This document shows, one piece after another, positions 43,157 through 58,023 of a stretch of 64,000 nt of DNA. Both the position numbers and the translations under genes were made by a program. Every line of letters begins with the position of its first letter. Within the stretch, counting starts at the first letter, position 1. The stretch comes from Corallochytrium limacisporum Hawaii. Taxonomy: Eukaryota > Protista > Pluriformea. The stretch lies in contig PDIP01000048.1 of the NCBI GenBank assembly GCA_002811645.1, forward strand, positions 62,001-126,000, in the 5' to 3' direction. Below the pieces are notes generated by a model. It saw only the letters and a list, made by a program, of their open reading frames with translations. It ran no database searches and was not told the origin of the DNA.

Positions 43157-44335
43157 TCAATCTTCCTTCTTGCTATTCTTCAGTACGACCGGAATGTCAG
43201 GGTCATCCTTCTCCTGTACTACCAACCTCGGGAACCAGCCTTTGTCAGTTTTTTCGGAGCGATTTGGTCCATCGATTACTTGCCCATAGACCCAATGGTC
43301 GCTTATGTCATAAACGTCAACAATGTCACCTCTGTAGACCGTCAGCCGACGCTCAAAAGCAGGCGTATCACACGCTACTGATACACCTTTGCCAATGCCT
43401 AGCCATCCTCCCCAGTCTTCCTTAATTGCTACCTTGAAGACACGAGCCATCTTCTCCTTCTTCTGAAGGAGCTGTTCCTCTGTAAAGGAGTACTGGTCTG
43501 TCCCTGGGATGACTCGCCAAGTGATTCCGTCTCCAGGACAAGGAATATGAGGCAATAACCATGTTGAGTACGATTCTCCCATGACCACTTTCAAACATTC
43601 TAATGCCGTCGGCAGAGTGTATGGGTGAATGTACTTGGTGTTTCCCCTGTTCTCAGCCTTATCAATAATGTACTCTTCAATGTCATTCGTGCCCGTAGTA
43701 ATAAAGGAAAGCTGCGTGAAGGTAAGGAAGCCAACACCGACAAAGACGCCGATGTCAAGGAAGAGTCCAATAGCCATCTGCACCTGCATCCAATACACTT
43801 CGGCATCAATCCTGGCTGGCTTACCATAGTACAATTTGAACATATTCACCATGCCCATGACTAGACCCTGGAAACTCGCAGTAGTGCAAAAGATGATGAA
43901 CAGTAGGAAGGCTTTGTGATTCTTGTGCCCTACACAGTCGTTGATCCAGGGACAATGATGGTCCATCTTCAGCACACATCGATTGCAAGTCCGGCAGTGA
44001 TGGCTGCGTGGGGCTTTGTATGCCTTGCAGAGTTCACAGTACTGCACCCGTTTGGTATCTTTCTTATCAGGTGGAGTCCATTCTTTAGGCACATACCCGG
44101 GACCATAATGCATGGCATAGAACCAACAGAGTTCTACCATGAGAACCTCAACTACAAAAGATCCAGCCATAAGGCAGTAGTACCCTGCAGCTCGGGGGAA
44201 CGTTTTCGCCAGATACATGCTGACTACGACCTCACAATACGTGATCGTAAAGATCAGAACCTGCGTACCAACTGCCCCTGGATGGACGATCTTCCAGTGG
44301 AACGGGAAGTTGTCCGGCCGCCGGTTCTTTCCCAT
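43157..44335 (-). CDS. ZDHHC6: DHHC palmitoyltransferase with C-terminal SH3 domain (ZDHHC6-type)
   Basis: C..C..YKAPRSHHC..C.RCVLKMDHHCPWINDCVG; GDGITW, QYSFTEEQL.QK; SH3-like RLTVYRGD.V.V...W.YG...KGWFPR; C-terminal KKED ER-retrieval motif. Confidence 0.92.
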   Translation of the reverse strand: MGKNRRPDNFPFHWKIVHPGAVGTQVLIFTITYCEVVVSMYLAKTFPRAAGYYCLMAGSFVVEVLMVELCWFYAMHYGPGYVPKEWTPPDKKDTKRVQYCELCKAYKAPRSHHCRTCNRCVLKMDHHCPWINDCVGHKNHKAFLLFIIFCTTASFQGLVMGMVNMFKLYYGKPARIDAEVYWMQVQMAIGLFLDIGVFVGVGFLTFTQLSFITTGTNDIEEYIIDKAENRGNTKYIHPYTLPTALECLKVVMGESYSTWLLPHIPCPGDGITWRVIPGTDQYSFTEEQLLQKKEKMARVFKVAIKEDWGGWLGIGKGVSVACDTPAFERRLTVYRGDIVDVYDISDHWVYGQVIDGPNRSEKTDKGWFPRLVVQEKDDPDIPVVLKNSKKED

Positions 44336-45954
44336 GGTGTCAACAGTTTCAACAACTTGCCAGAAGCAAGTAAGAAATCACATTTTCAGAATAGAAATAT
44401 GAATGCTGCTTTCCTGGCTCACTGTGTGCGCACAAGGGTGTCTCCGTGGAGCCGCACAGATGGAGGTTTGAGGCCAATGGCCCTTTTCTAGCTTGCTCTC
44501 AAAACACAGGGTGAGACCCAGTCACGGTCTCGACTACACCCAACCTCCGGGTGCTCTCCCCCTGCCCACCGCGATATACGGCGTCTCTTAGTTTCTTTTA
44601 GATTCACAAAATATTTGGAACCGCACGATGCGTTTCTACCTCTCCCGTAAACACCCGCATGGCTCATACAAGTGTGATAAGTGTTTTCAGACACCTCTTT
44701 CCGTACGAACGCATTACAGTGCCTCTAACGACCTATACTGAACGTATTGCCGAAGAACCGCCAAGACCAGTCCAAGTGAGACTTCAACCCATCTGCACGA
44801 GATCCATGAAAAAATTGAACAATCTGCGGAGAGAAAAAACCGAGATTTCTCAGCAACCCTTCCCTGTGGCCAATGGGCAGGTAGCCATTGCGAGCACACG
44901 CACAGCGAAGGAGGAGAGCGGGCAAGCCAGAGAGAATATAAAAAAAAAAATTGGAGGGAACTCAACGGGGCACAAACGAAAGAAAGAGAGGCCCCAGAAT
45001 GCAAACACCACCGTCTCCCCCGTTTGCCTCTTGTCCCCGTCCCAACCCCCCCCCACTGCAGCACGCAAGGTTTGGCTTGCGAATGGAAAAAAATTGACAG
45101 CCAAGCAGGGCCACCGGCACCAGAGAACCACAGACCGCCACCCCGCAGCGCCACACACATACACACACACACACAGACAGCGCCCGGAGACACCACCCGA
45201 CAACCGCAATCCCCAGGAAACCCAGAGCGTTCAGACGGAAAGGTGAGCGAACTGATGCCAGGCAAAGGCACAAGGGGTTCTCCCGCTTTCGGCCTCGTTC
45301 GTTTACTGCGAAGTACAGGGGCGGGAGTGGGGTGTGTGTTACGTGTGTGGAGGGAAGGGAAAATAAGGTCTGGCCCCCCCCCCCCCCGCGGCGGGGAGGG
45401 GGGTAATTTTTGTGCCCGCTGAAGAAACGAAAGTTGGAGAGAGAGAGAAAGAAGTGGGCGCGGTCTTGAAAGGGGCCCCTCTGTCCCCACCGGCGCGGCG
45501 CAGCCAGTTTTCGAGCGCCCAGCGGTGGCGGTTGAACGTGGTCGCGTAGGGGCGTGTGGTGCCTGTTTGCGTGATTATTCTTGCCCGTCCCGTCGTTGTG
45601 CCTAACGATTCTCTGCTAAGACCTATCTTCTGGACAAATACACTATGTACATGTTAGTGATGACTTGTAGTGAGAGTGGGAGCTGTCTCGAGATTGGGCT
45701 GGCAACTGCCGGGTGGTGTCTTGGGAGAGACGCAGACCTCGAACAGGGATAAACGATGGCGTGAATCCGGTGAGGTATGTGAAGCAAGACACAACTGACA
45801 GACGTATCAGATTCCGCTGGATGATCAATCAGCTGGGCTGATGACGATATTGTAAGAGAAGATAAGAACGCAAACTACACCGCAGCAGAAATATGATCCG
45901 GGTCTGTGCGCTGGTCTGAAACATAGAGAGTACCTTCCAGATTACGGACCACTC

Positions 45955-48270
45955 ATGGGAAAGATGCCGGAGTCCAACATCGCGCCGGTGAACGTGACGC
46001 TCTTCGGAGAATCCAGACAGGCCATGCTTGACATCTCCGGGCACTTGAATAACCTCTGCGATGACCTCTTGGATTATCTTGCCATACCCGCCGTTGACGG
46101 ATTGCATCACACTGACGTGCTCCTCAAACACGGAGAAGCATTCAAGGGACAGATCCGGGCAATCACGGAAGCCGCAGAACGCGACCTCATGAAGGTTGTG
46201 GTTGTTGGACACACCAGCGCAGGAAAGAGTACTTTCATCAACGCAGTACTTCGTGACGCTGTGCTGCCCACTGGTATGGGCCACACTACGAACTGCATGT
46301 GCATTCTGCAAGGCACACCGGAAGAGTTACCATACATTGTCCGCGAAGAGCCGATCGGATCAAAGGAGAACACTCATGATGACATGAAAGCGACAAAGCG
46401 ATTGAGTGCAGACTACATGAAGAGCCTAGCCCATGCGCTGCGTCCTGAGGGCCAAGTGAATGCCAATGGTGTCATTTCTCTCCACTGGCCAACGAACCGT
46501 TGTAAGGTGCTTGCAGAACCGCTACAAATAATCGACTCGCCAGGTATTGACGTGAGCACAGACATGAACGAGTTCATAGATCGTTACTGTATGGATGCCG
46601 ATGTATTCATCCTGATCGCCAATGCCGAGAGCACCATCAAAATGGGCGAGAAACATTTCTTTGAGAAGGTCAGCGAGAAGATTAGCAAACCGAACGTGTT
46701 CATCATTCAGAACCGCTGGGACTTGGCTGACCAGCAGGGTGAGGACGCAGAGGAGGTCCGCAAACAGCACCTAGAGAGCAGCCGAAAGTTTTTGGTTGAC
46801 GAATTACAGGTTGTGCGGGAAGAGCAACTGAACCAGCGGGTATGGTTCCTGAGTTGCCGCGAGATGCTGAAGGCTACTCAGGTAGGAGGGCTTCAAGAGC
46901 TCATGGATAACCTATCTACAAATGGTCTGAACAACAGTGCCAATGCTAAGGCTGTACAAGAACGTTTCAATGATTTCAAGAGCTTTGAGCACGAGCTGCA
47001 GACCTGTGTGACGCACGGAGCCATTAAGACCAAGTTTCAGAACCATGTTAACCGGGGTTTGCACATTGCGTACACTATGACTGAAGATTTTGACGAGATG
47101 TTGAGCGCTGCTGAGACTCTGCGGAAGGAAATCGACGCCGACGGTGCCAAGGTTCGCAACCGCGTGTTTCGATTGCGCAACAATTTGGCCAGAGCCGATT
47201 CATTCATTCACGGAGTCATCGAAGACACCTGCGCTCGCATCCGCAGCGATGTGATGACTGTCCTCGAGGAAGATATCGCATTCCGTCTCGAAGTTGTGAT
47301 CAATCAGTACGACTACTGCCGCTTCAGCATGTCGACATTGCCGAACTACAAGCGAATGCTCGGTCAGCACATGTCCACACACTTCCAACACGAAGTGGAG
47401 GAGCGCTGCCGCTACCGCTGTCAGCAATTGATCGAAGAAGCGCAGACCTCTGTTCTAGACGAAATAGTCCGCAGCGCACTTGAGGACAATCGGGAAGACA
47501 TGGAACGGGAGAAAATGTGGCTGAACTCGCTGATGCGACCGGACGTTATTGTGGTTAGTATGGACTGCAATCACATAGTGAGCGAATTTCATGAGGATCT
47601 GACCTTCCGATTTTTCCTCAGCCCAGAGAACATCCTCATCACTGTCCTCGGTGGCAGGATGGCGCGCAGTCTGGGTATTGTAGATAACTCCAAGAGCTTG
47701 AACGGGGTTGCGGCGAGAAAGGCATCGGGTGACATGACCAACGGCCATCCCGTGTCTGCCGCCCGTGAGACAGAAGTGTCCGTGTCACTGTGGCGCTTCA
47801 TCATGAACCAGATAATGAAGCCGTCCTCCGTTCTGCTCACTGCTGTGGTGAGTGCAGTCATCACAAAACCTCAGTTTTGGAGCGGGGTGGTGATAATGGG
47901 TGCAACCTACGGTGGTATCTACGCACTGGAGTACTGCCGCTACAATAACCGTGCCAAAGAAAAGCGCTTCAAGGAGCAATTTGCTGCTCACTCCAAGCTG
48001 ATGCTGTCCGACTCGGTGCGTCATATTGCGAGTGGCATTGAGAGCAGTGTTCGCCGGGAAATGAAACACTCCTTTGGCATCATGAGCCAGCACCTTGACG
48101 CCCGGGAACAGGAATTATCCCAAGAACTAAGTGCCATGGATGCCGAGTGTCAGGGTCTAGCGGTGGTACTGAAGGACGGTTCTAGCCTGCGCAAGCGCTG
48201 CATCCACCTGCGCGTCATGCTGACCGAGTACCATGAAGCCTACATTGATAGTCACCCCCAGGCGGCCTAA
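45955..48270 (+). CDS. MFN: Mitofusin, animal MFN1/2-Marf type
   Basis: MKV.V.GHTSAGKST.INA.L.D.VLP.G.GHTTNC, DSPGIDV, C.DADVF.L.AN.EST, KPNVFI.QNRWD, F.EDL.FRF, TM region and AKEKRFK.QF. Confidence 0.95.
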   Translation: MGKMPESNIAPVNVTLFGESRQAMLDISGHLNNLCDDLLDYLAIPAVDGLHHTDVLLKHGEAFKGQIRAITEAAERDLMKVVVVGHTSAGKSTFINAVLRDAVLPTGMGHTTNCMCILQGTPEELPYIVREEPIGSKENTHDDMKATKRLSADYMKSLAHALRPEGQVNANGVISLHWPTNRCKVLAEPLQIIDSPGIDVSTDMNEFIDRYCMDADVFILIANAESTIKMGEKHFFEKVSEKISKPNVFIIQNRWDLADQQGEDAEEVRKQHLESSRKFLVDELQVVREEQLNQRVWFLSCREMLKATQVGGLQELMDNLSTNGLNNSANAKAVQERFNDFKSFEHELQTCVTHGAIKTKFQNHVNRGLHIAYTMTEDFDEMLSAAETLRKEIDADGAKVRNRVFRLRNNLARADSFIHGVIEDTCARIRSDVMTVLEEDIAFRLEVVINQYDYCRFSMSTLPNYKRMLGQHMSTHFQHEVEERCRYRCQQLIEEAQTSVLDEIVRSALEDNREDMEREKMWLNSLMRPDVIVVSMDCNHIVSEFHEDLTFRFFLSPENILITVLGGRMARSLGIVDNSKSLNGVAARKASGDMTNGHPVSAARETEVSVSLWRFIMNQIMKPSSVLLTAVVSAVITKPQFWSGVVIMGATYGGIYALEYCRYNNRAKEKRFKEQFAAHSKLMLSDSVRHIASGIESSVRREMKHSFGIMSQHLDAREQELSQELSAMDAECQGLAVVLKDGSSLRKRCIHLRVMLTEYHEAYIDSHPQAA

Positions 48271-48408
48271 TCCCGGCAAACATACAAATGTATCACTTAA
48301 ATAGACACAAATTACTTAGCCCTCACTGATCATGGGCTTTTGTATGGAAATTCAGTGGTTTATGTACGATTAGACATTGGGAACAATGGAGACCCCCACA
48401 GAAGTCTT

Positions 48409-49362
48409 TTAGAAGTTCTCTGGATGCACATCCTTAAAGTAAGGATGTGCGAGTGCCTCCTTGGCACTGATCCGCCGCGAGGGCTTGTAGTACAGGAACA
48501 TCTGGAGCAGCTCCAGGCCGTCAGAGTCCAGATTCTTCACTACGGTGCTCATGTCCTCGGCGGGCCAGCGCGGGAAGGATGGCTTATACTCAGCCAATTC
48601 CGTAACACCGGGCCAGGTCTCCTCAGTTGGTGTTCCAAGAACGCGGAAGATGCGGAAGAGCTGGTCAATCTCGGAGTCGCCCGGGAACAAGGGTGCCTTA
48701 TTGGCCAATTCTGCAAAGATGCAACCCAGGGACCAGGTGTCAACTGGTGTGGCGTAGTTGCGGGCACCGAGGAGAATCTCAGGTGCGCGGTACCACAAAG
48801 TGATGACTTCATGGGTGTAGGCTCGGATGGGTACACCGAAACTGCGAGCCAGACCGAAGTCAGCAAGTTTGATGTCTCCATTCTTGGTGATCAAAATATT
48901 CTGCGGCTTGAGATCCCGGTGCAAAATTCTGTGCGAGTGAATGTAGTCGACGCCGTTCACCATCTGCCACATCAAACGGCGCACAGTGGGAGGACTGAGG
49001 TCACCTTTCTCGAGATACTTCTTCAGGTCGTTGTCAGCGTATTCAAAGATCAGAGTCAGCTTATCAGTGGAATGAGCCACATCGATTAGGCGCACAACGT
49101 TCTCGCAACGAATCTCACGCAAGAGGGAGATCTCACGGAGAGACGTACTGGGAATACCCTCACCCCCAACGGTGTCCATGCGGACCTGTTTGAGAGCCAC
49201 ATATTCCTTGGTTTGCTTGTGCTGAGCCATGAACACAACGCCGTACGTACCTTCGCCAATCTTTTCTATTTTCTTGTACTCGGCCTCAATGTTGATCTTG
49301 CCCATGGACCCGTGGGTCCTGTCGAGGGGCGTTGGCTTTGGAAGGGTCTGCGCGACCGGCAT
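48409..49362 (-). CDS. Cyclin-dependent kinase, CDK1/CDK2 family (PSTSLRE variant)
   Basis: [78 protein letters not shown]. Confidence 0.95.
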   Translation of the reverse strand: MPVAQTLPKPTPLDRTHGSMGKINIEAEYKKIEKIGEGTYGVVFMAQHKQTKEYVALKQVRMDTVGGEGIPSTSLREISLLREIRCENVVRLIDVAHSTDKLTLIFEYADNDLKKYLEKGDLSPPTVRRLMWQMVNGVDYIHSHRILHRDLKPQNILITKNGDIKLADFGLARSFGVPIRAYTHEVITLWYRAPEILLGARNYATPVDTWSLGCIFAELANKAPLFPGDSEIDQLFRIFRVLGTPTEETWPGVTELAEYKPSFPRWPAEDMSTVVKNLDSDGLELLQMFLYYKPSRRISAKEALAHPYFKDVHPENF

Positions 49363-50058
49363 GATTCGTATCGTATGTGTTTGTGTAAGTCCCAGATTAA
49401 TATGTCTATGCCAGTGCTATCCCGCTATTAGTATGGCTGTCCGTCTTTGATGCTATTGCCCCGTTTCTACGTGCCATGTAACCTCTGATCAACGAGGATC
49501 GGAGTCTGCTCTGTTTTACACCTGGTGACTCCGTTCAAGAATCCAATGCCTCTCAACACAACGAGAACAATATTTGAGAATCCTTTGTTTCCATCAAAAT
49601 GGGTATCCTTCTCATCTATCCATGCGTACTCCAAACTCCGGGATTCGTGCGAGCAGAGAAACACATTGACGTTGGTAGAGATGCGTTTGATCTTTTTGGG
49701 CTCTACGTTCAGTGCGTGTGCCTCCCACTCCAATTTTGGCGCGTTGGGGTGGACCGAATCTGGCACCCCTGCCAGCACCCTCGCATTTCACCAGTTCCCC
49801 GACCTCGCCTCCAAATATTTCCCATAGAAACCCCATGGCCAGCAGTCTCAGCAGCTTGAGACTGGGATTCAACGGGAGAGAGAGAGAAACCGCCCCGGGG
49901 GGGGGGTGGGGAAGTGGGGGAAAAGGGGTTCGTCAGCGGGGTGAGATCGTTAATTGCAGGAAAATGTGCCCTGGTTCTCGCTCAGTCCCATACATTCACT
50001 ATGAACCAGAGGGGAAAAATATTTGATTCACAGACAATGGATCAATAAAATACAAACT

Positions 50059-50066
50059 TTTCGCGC
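50059..50066 (+). promoter_or_regulatory. Candidate E2F site (TTTCGCGC) upstream of the CDK gene
   Basis: Exact TTTSSCGC match about 700 bp upstream of the CDK ATG. A motif this short can occur by chance. Confidence 0.3.
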
Positions 50067-51206
50067 GCGGAGGAAAGGGGAACGTTTGGAACGGTTTGGG
50101 GGTGCGGGGGGCTACTCGCTACCCTACTTACCGCGTTCGAACGCGAGGAGTCTCACCTGCGCAAAGCAGAGGTGAGCCCTCCTGCACGGACGGAGCAGCA
50201 GCAGCGGCCCGCCCAGCAGCAAGAGCTGGCTGGGACGATCTCACCTGCACGAATACCCTGCACATTCGCTGTGGGACTGATGGAGCATGCCATTGCTCAG
50301 AGAAACCTCATCTGAGGGCACTTGAGCGACTCAAGGCCATTCGAGCTCGCAGTGATAATGGGATCACGTCGAGTTGCAGAGCCGACGATCCACTGCCACC
50401 GGGGTGGCCGACCGTCACAGGGTCTCTTTCTTGTTTAATCCAAGTAATTAAATGTTGGGGGCTCTTCAGGGTTTCAGCTAAAATTTTAGTGCCATCTCAG
50501 AGTTGTCACATGGCCCGCCCCCCTTCCTCCCCCTGTCCCATTGCTATACACCCAAATTGCTCAACCTCGGTGCCTGTTGGTGTAACCCGTCAAGTACTTT
50601 CAGTACTGTAACCACACCCTTGGAACCCTAGAGCGAGTTGCTCTTGGCAAACTGATAGCCGGACGACATGCAGACCACATATGCACACCAGAGCGACAAG
50701 AGACCGTGATCGCGAGTCTCCTGAGAACCATAGGCACTTGCGGTGACACCATGGATGTCGTCGGGCTTTGTGCTACCGTTCAAGCCACTTGAGAATTGCC
50801 TTGTAATGCGAGTCCTAGACAGGACCGTCAGTGGAGACCCTCTGTATATTCATTATGGGAAAAAGTCTGGTTTGACCTTCAGCAGCTGAAACGTTCGGGA
50901 ATTTTTTTTCTCTCCAAACCGTAGTGTACCCCTACTTCACTGGCTGACCAGTGTGTGCAGTTGCGAATAGTAAAAGTGCTGAGCGGGCCGGTTTCCTGCG
51001 CTGTGCCCCTGCTGGGAACCGCAGGAGGTCTCCTTGCTTGGGGCTTGATGCGTGCACACAATAACAAAAACCATAAACCCAAAATGCACACTTTGAACAC
51101 GAACCACTACACAGAGAACAAGGAAATGCATAGATGACACACTCGTAGATTGAAACATGTGCATATTGTGGAGGTAGTAATCGCGGAGGTCAGTCAGGGT
51201 ATGTAA

Positions 51207-53123
<1,917 letters not shown>

Positions 53124-56100
53124 GCCAATACCCTTCCACGTTTTCGCCTCCCAACATGTGATATCATGTTGAACCCCCTGATAATCGATTGATGGTGTAC
53201 CGCTGCAACTATGGTGGCTACCATCTATTCGTTTGCACACCGTCTCGACTCGACGATTTGTAATATTACTTTCAGTTGGGGGCAACTCCACTACTTAGTG
53301 GGGCCTGCACCTAAAACCTGAACCCCCCATTTTGAATTCCACATACCATTAAATTCATTCTACAACCCTCATTAGCATGTCTTCAGCCAGAACCGATTAC
53401 CTAGAGCGCAGGAATGGCTTCGCTGCTAAACTGACAGACAGGTATACACTTGGATCACTACAGTCTAATACTATCGCCGAAGTTCGTGATGTCGGTTGCA
53501 TCCCCTTGATATCATTGGGCAGTTCGCCCGCATCTTCTTTAGCATGTTACATCAGATCCGTCACTGCCTTTCACCTAGGTGGTTGTCCCCGAAAGATGGG
53601 CCATGGCTTGCTCTATTCTGGGCCGTGGTATGCCCCGAGATCCAATGATGCTAGGAGTATTAGGATGGGTATAAGTTTGAACATTTATGTCGTACGGACT
53701 TCTTGAGAGCATTCTCCCGTCAGAAGCAGAGCGGGAGTAGTTGGTTTTGACTCATTTTTCGCAATAGCCGAAAGCATGCCGGATCATCGGAATGTAATAG
53801 TTGAGAAACATGCGATCTGCGTCCTACTGTTTTCCTACACATCGGTCGATGATTGTTCTATGAAGGAAGTTTCACGGCTCGCCGGGATGGGCCTCTGGGG
53901 ATTGAATAGTCGCCAAGTGTAGTTCTGATGGTCCATACAATTAGCTCACCGTTTGAAAGGGTAAAATATATAGACTTCAGCACTATGACTGATTCTGCAT
54001 CTGCAGTACTCGCACGATCCCTTTGGGTACCCCTCGGAATGAAGCTCCAAGTGTGTTCCACTGCTGGTGGGGGAGACCAACAAGGGGATCTTGGCACGGA
54101 GGTTTGTGTGCGCACAAGCAATTTGCCATCTGTATCGTGGTATGTGGTTGGCCTACCCCAATTATCACACACTGGTAAGCTGTGCGGTGTGCCGTAGACA
54201 TCGTGTCCTGGGACCCAGTTATGTACAGACTATCTTGTAGGTACGAAAAGGATCCGCACAGAATGGTGGGGGTCGATGCCGGCCGCCGCAGTTGCGAATA
54301 CATCTCTTGTCCTTCTATCGCTGTTGCCGATTGCTGGAGCAGCACCGATGGTATGGAACGCACTCGGCACACTACTGGTCTCCGCATCTTCTCTCCCCGC
54401 TCCTGATCAGACGTACGAATTGTGAATTCATCCCCAGTAGTGTGTGATCCGATACAATCCGGCGACGGAACATTGACTATTCTTATCAAAACAATTCCAA
54501 GTCTCACTGGAGTCTGCCAGCTGTCAAAAGTCAGGAAAGGTTGGTGCTGGTGCTGCAGACCATCCGTTGCTGGCGATTGAAAGAGGTGCAATAGTGTCCG
54601 CCGTGGCAGGTGTGTGTGCTCTGTGACTTCCACGAGGATAGTGGGCCGTCTGGTTCCTTTTGCCTGGAACCGGTTCTTCGTTAGTTGCTCAAATCGGGTT
54701 TGAGATTTTATTCTGCTCGTGTAAATGCTACGCTGTGGGTGGTGGTCTGATGGGGGCGTGAAACAGTTCATGACGTACGCAGACAACAAAACAACACTGT
54801 GCTGCGATCACTTACCCATCAGTCCGCGTGAACCTTGATCTGTTTTATATTTTTAGTCCCTTCTGTGCGAAAATCCATATTCTCATCTGTTGGCAGTGGA
54901 CGTCCCCCTCATGGGTTTCTCAAACATTTGTGTGTCCAGGTCTTTAGGGAGGCTGGCTGACAAAATGCGCCGTATCCCGCTTGTTTATTCTTCCACGCCC
55001 GTCTGTTCCCTTCCGCCGCTCCAGGAAGTTCCTTCCCTCCCAGGCCCCCCCCCCCTCACTGGCTGTGTGGCCTCCGGCTTTCCATATACGTGCCACCAGT
55101 CAACCCTTGTCCGTCGCCGATATGGCAATCCAACACCCCACGGACGCCCGTTCCCTCCCTATTTCTCCCTCTCTCTCTCTCTCTCTTTTTTTTTTTTTTC
55201 CTTTTCTGTTCTTAAAATCATATGTTCTTCTTTAAGGCTTTTCTCTTAACGTTCTACTTGTTTTCCAACACTTGCCTTTTTCCAACAACCGGTGACGGTC
55301 TGGACTGACGGAATGACGCGGAAGTGTGTGGGTGTCCCAACATTTTTTTTCTCCTGCTTGCGATAAGTTCGTTTTTCTCTCCTCTTGGCTGGCCACGATG
55401 GCTGTCTGACTTGGTGGTGCGTGTGGGAGGAAACTCGTAGAAAGGGAACGAGGGAAGAGGAAGGGTGAGGGTGGAACATAGACAGAGCATGATGGTGTGG
55501 GCACACCAGCGCATGCTGACGGGTTAAGACTTCGTCGCAGCCATGCAATGCGGTACATTTACAATGTCTTCCAATGAACCATTTCGGGTCATCAAAAGGA
55601 CTGTGTTGATGCGCGCTGCACCTCTGTATTGAACACTGAAGCATTGAATAGTATACTCAACGATGGGCGATCTAGTGTCGACTTCCGTGGTGGATAGAGC
55701 TCTGGCCTCACTAGTGCCCCACCGGAAAAGCTTCCCCGCGATCTGTCAACAGTTGCAATCCTACCGCAAATTAACACAGCATTAAAGTGATGGGTACTGC
55801 GAAGGTCAGAGGGCTGAGTTCGTACTACCTTTGGCCTTTGTATGGCCAATGTCTGGAGGTCGCTGACGAATTCTTGGGTCATTGGTTTGAATGTGTGGTG
55901 GTGTACGACACCGGGTGGTTGGAGTTTGGTTTACGAGCGGCATCATGGAGGATATTGCAGTCTCGCTAGATTGCTATCTGTTTCCACTGGGGTCCTGAAC
56001 ATGAGAAGGAAAGCTTTAGCTTGCCAGAAGCTCTGTGATTCCCGGGATCGAGATTCGTTATCGATGAGTCTGAGAAGTGCTGAGGAGGGCCAGTTCCACC

Positions 56101-56548
56101 GGTCGTCCACCCTGCACGATGAGGTGATGATGGACTGAGGCTTGCCGGTCCATCACCAAGAGAGGATGAAACAGAGGACATTGTGTGCGCAAAGAGGACA
56201 TCATACAGTCAGTGGGACCAAGCGAAAACGGACAAAGACGATGAGATGTGTCCTGAATGTTGTTACACCTGTGACACCTTTTGAAACAATTTGCACCGTA
56301 ATTTCCAAAGACAGCTGTAATTAATACAAGGTGCCTGGTCTGGGTTCGTCTTCGATGCCGTGCTTCGCTCCAATCGACCTTTGTCATGCAATATGATATA
56401 GTATACACATTGTGTATGCCGTTGCATGCCCGTATTAGCACTATATGATGGAAACGATCACGACCTGCCCCGCCTCCGGAGACTTCTTGCTAGAGATCAG
56501 TTGCTCTTCTTGGATCCAATCGCAATTCCAATGCCCTCCCCCCCCACC

Positions 56549-56790
56549 NNNNNNNNNNNNNNNNNNNNNNNNNNNNNNNNNNNNNNNNNNNNNNNNNNNN
56601 NNNNNNNNNNNNNNNNNNNNNNNNNNNNNNNNNNNNNNNNNNNNNNNNNNNNNNNNNNNNNNNNNNNNNNNNNNNNNNNNNNNNNNNNNNNNNNNNNNNN
56701 NNNNNNNNNNNNNNNNNNNNNNNNNNNNNNNNNNNNNNNNNNNNNNNNNNNNNNNNNNNNNNNNNNNNNNNNNNNNNNNNNNNNNNNNNN
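56549..56790. other. Assembly gap (N run)
   Basis: N run flanked on both sides by C homopolymers. Confidence 1.
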
Positions 56791-57919
56791 CCCCCCCCCG
56801 GGGGGCCTCCCCTTCTGCCATAGTAGAAAACTGGCTCACATTTGCAACGTATGTAAATTTTTCTTGCAGCATTCGTCGTCCCCCCTTCCAAAGCTCACAA
56901 CACCCTCTCACGATCTGCAGAGCAACACGATCGTTGGGAATAACTTTGGCGTTCGGAGAGGGGCTCTGTGCAAGAGCAGAACCATCTCCACTCCGGTTAC
57001 AAGAGAAAGAACCATATTCATAGTATGCAACTTTTCTTAGGACAGAACCTGAGTATGTGAACCGTGTGACCTCAACGACAGGTTCAAGTGGTTGACCACT
57101 GACGCAGAACTGGCTTCCAGGTCTTAGAGGTTATCAGTTTTGCGCATACTCTCTCGAATGTTTTCTTCTCAGATCCAGGTCTTCCTCTCCAAGACTATTC
57201 TATAGTGATTATATGGACGAATGTGAAAGGTGTGTTCCGTTTATTGCTCCGTCAGCATTTTCGAACCCATTGGTGTGGCACTGACATTCTTGTTTCGACA
57301 CTACCGTTCTGTATGCGGCAAGTGCGCGACCAGACGAGCACGAGCACGAACGTTCCTGGGTAGAAGAGTTAGGGTAATCGTGGCGCGCCAGCAAGAACCG
57401 CACAAAGAGTTTGCCTCTGGCTCTGTAAAGCACCTACCTGCTTTAGCAACTTGTTGTTACCGATACTTTGCTGTTTTGCACAGCAGCATCTTTGTCTTCC
57501 ACACGCTACACATGCAAATACACGGAACATGCAGTGCGATCGTGCATGAGCGATACAATGGATTCGGCTGCATGCCAGAGTATCAATGGGATTGATAGCA
57601 GTCTGCTGGCAGCAGCAATTACAATTGCAGGAAATTGAACGTTCTCCTCTCTCATTGCCAAGGTACCGGGTAAGTTGCAAGAAATTGCTTCATCTGGTCA
57701 CAAGTGTACGGGTGTTCTACATATCAGTGCATTGAGGATATTGAAGAACATTTTATACGGAACAATGAGCTTGAATGGTCCTCCGGCCTGTTTGCGCATC
57801 ACAGCAACCAAGCAACCTCCTCCCAACGGCAAGCACCCTGCAAGCCTTGTTGTCTCACAGTGCCAAAACACTGACGGAAAACACCGAAGACCCAAAGTAT
57901 AAAGCGTGATGCTTCCGTG

Positions 57920-57920
<1 letters not shown>

Positions 57921-58017
<97 letters not shown>

Positions 58018-58023
58018 GCACAC
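57921..58023. repeat. (CA)n microsatellite with about 42 perfect units at 57929-58012
   Basis: Direct observation. Confidence 0.98.

Noticed and set aside
50888-50910. Heat-shock element upstream of Hsp60 (gTTCggGAAttTTT)
   Set aside because: Only two perfect nGAAn units; likely to occur by chance.
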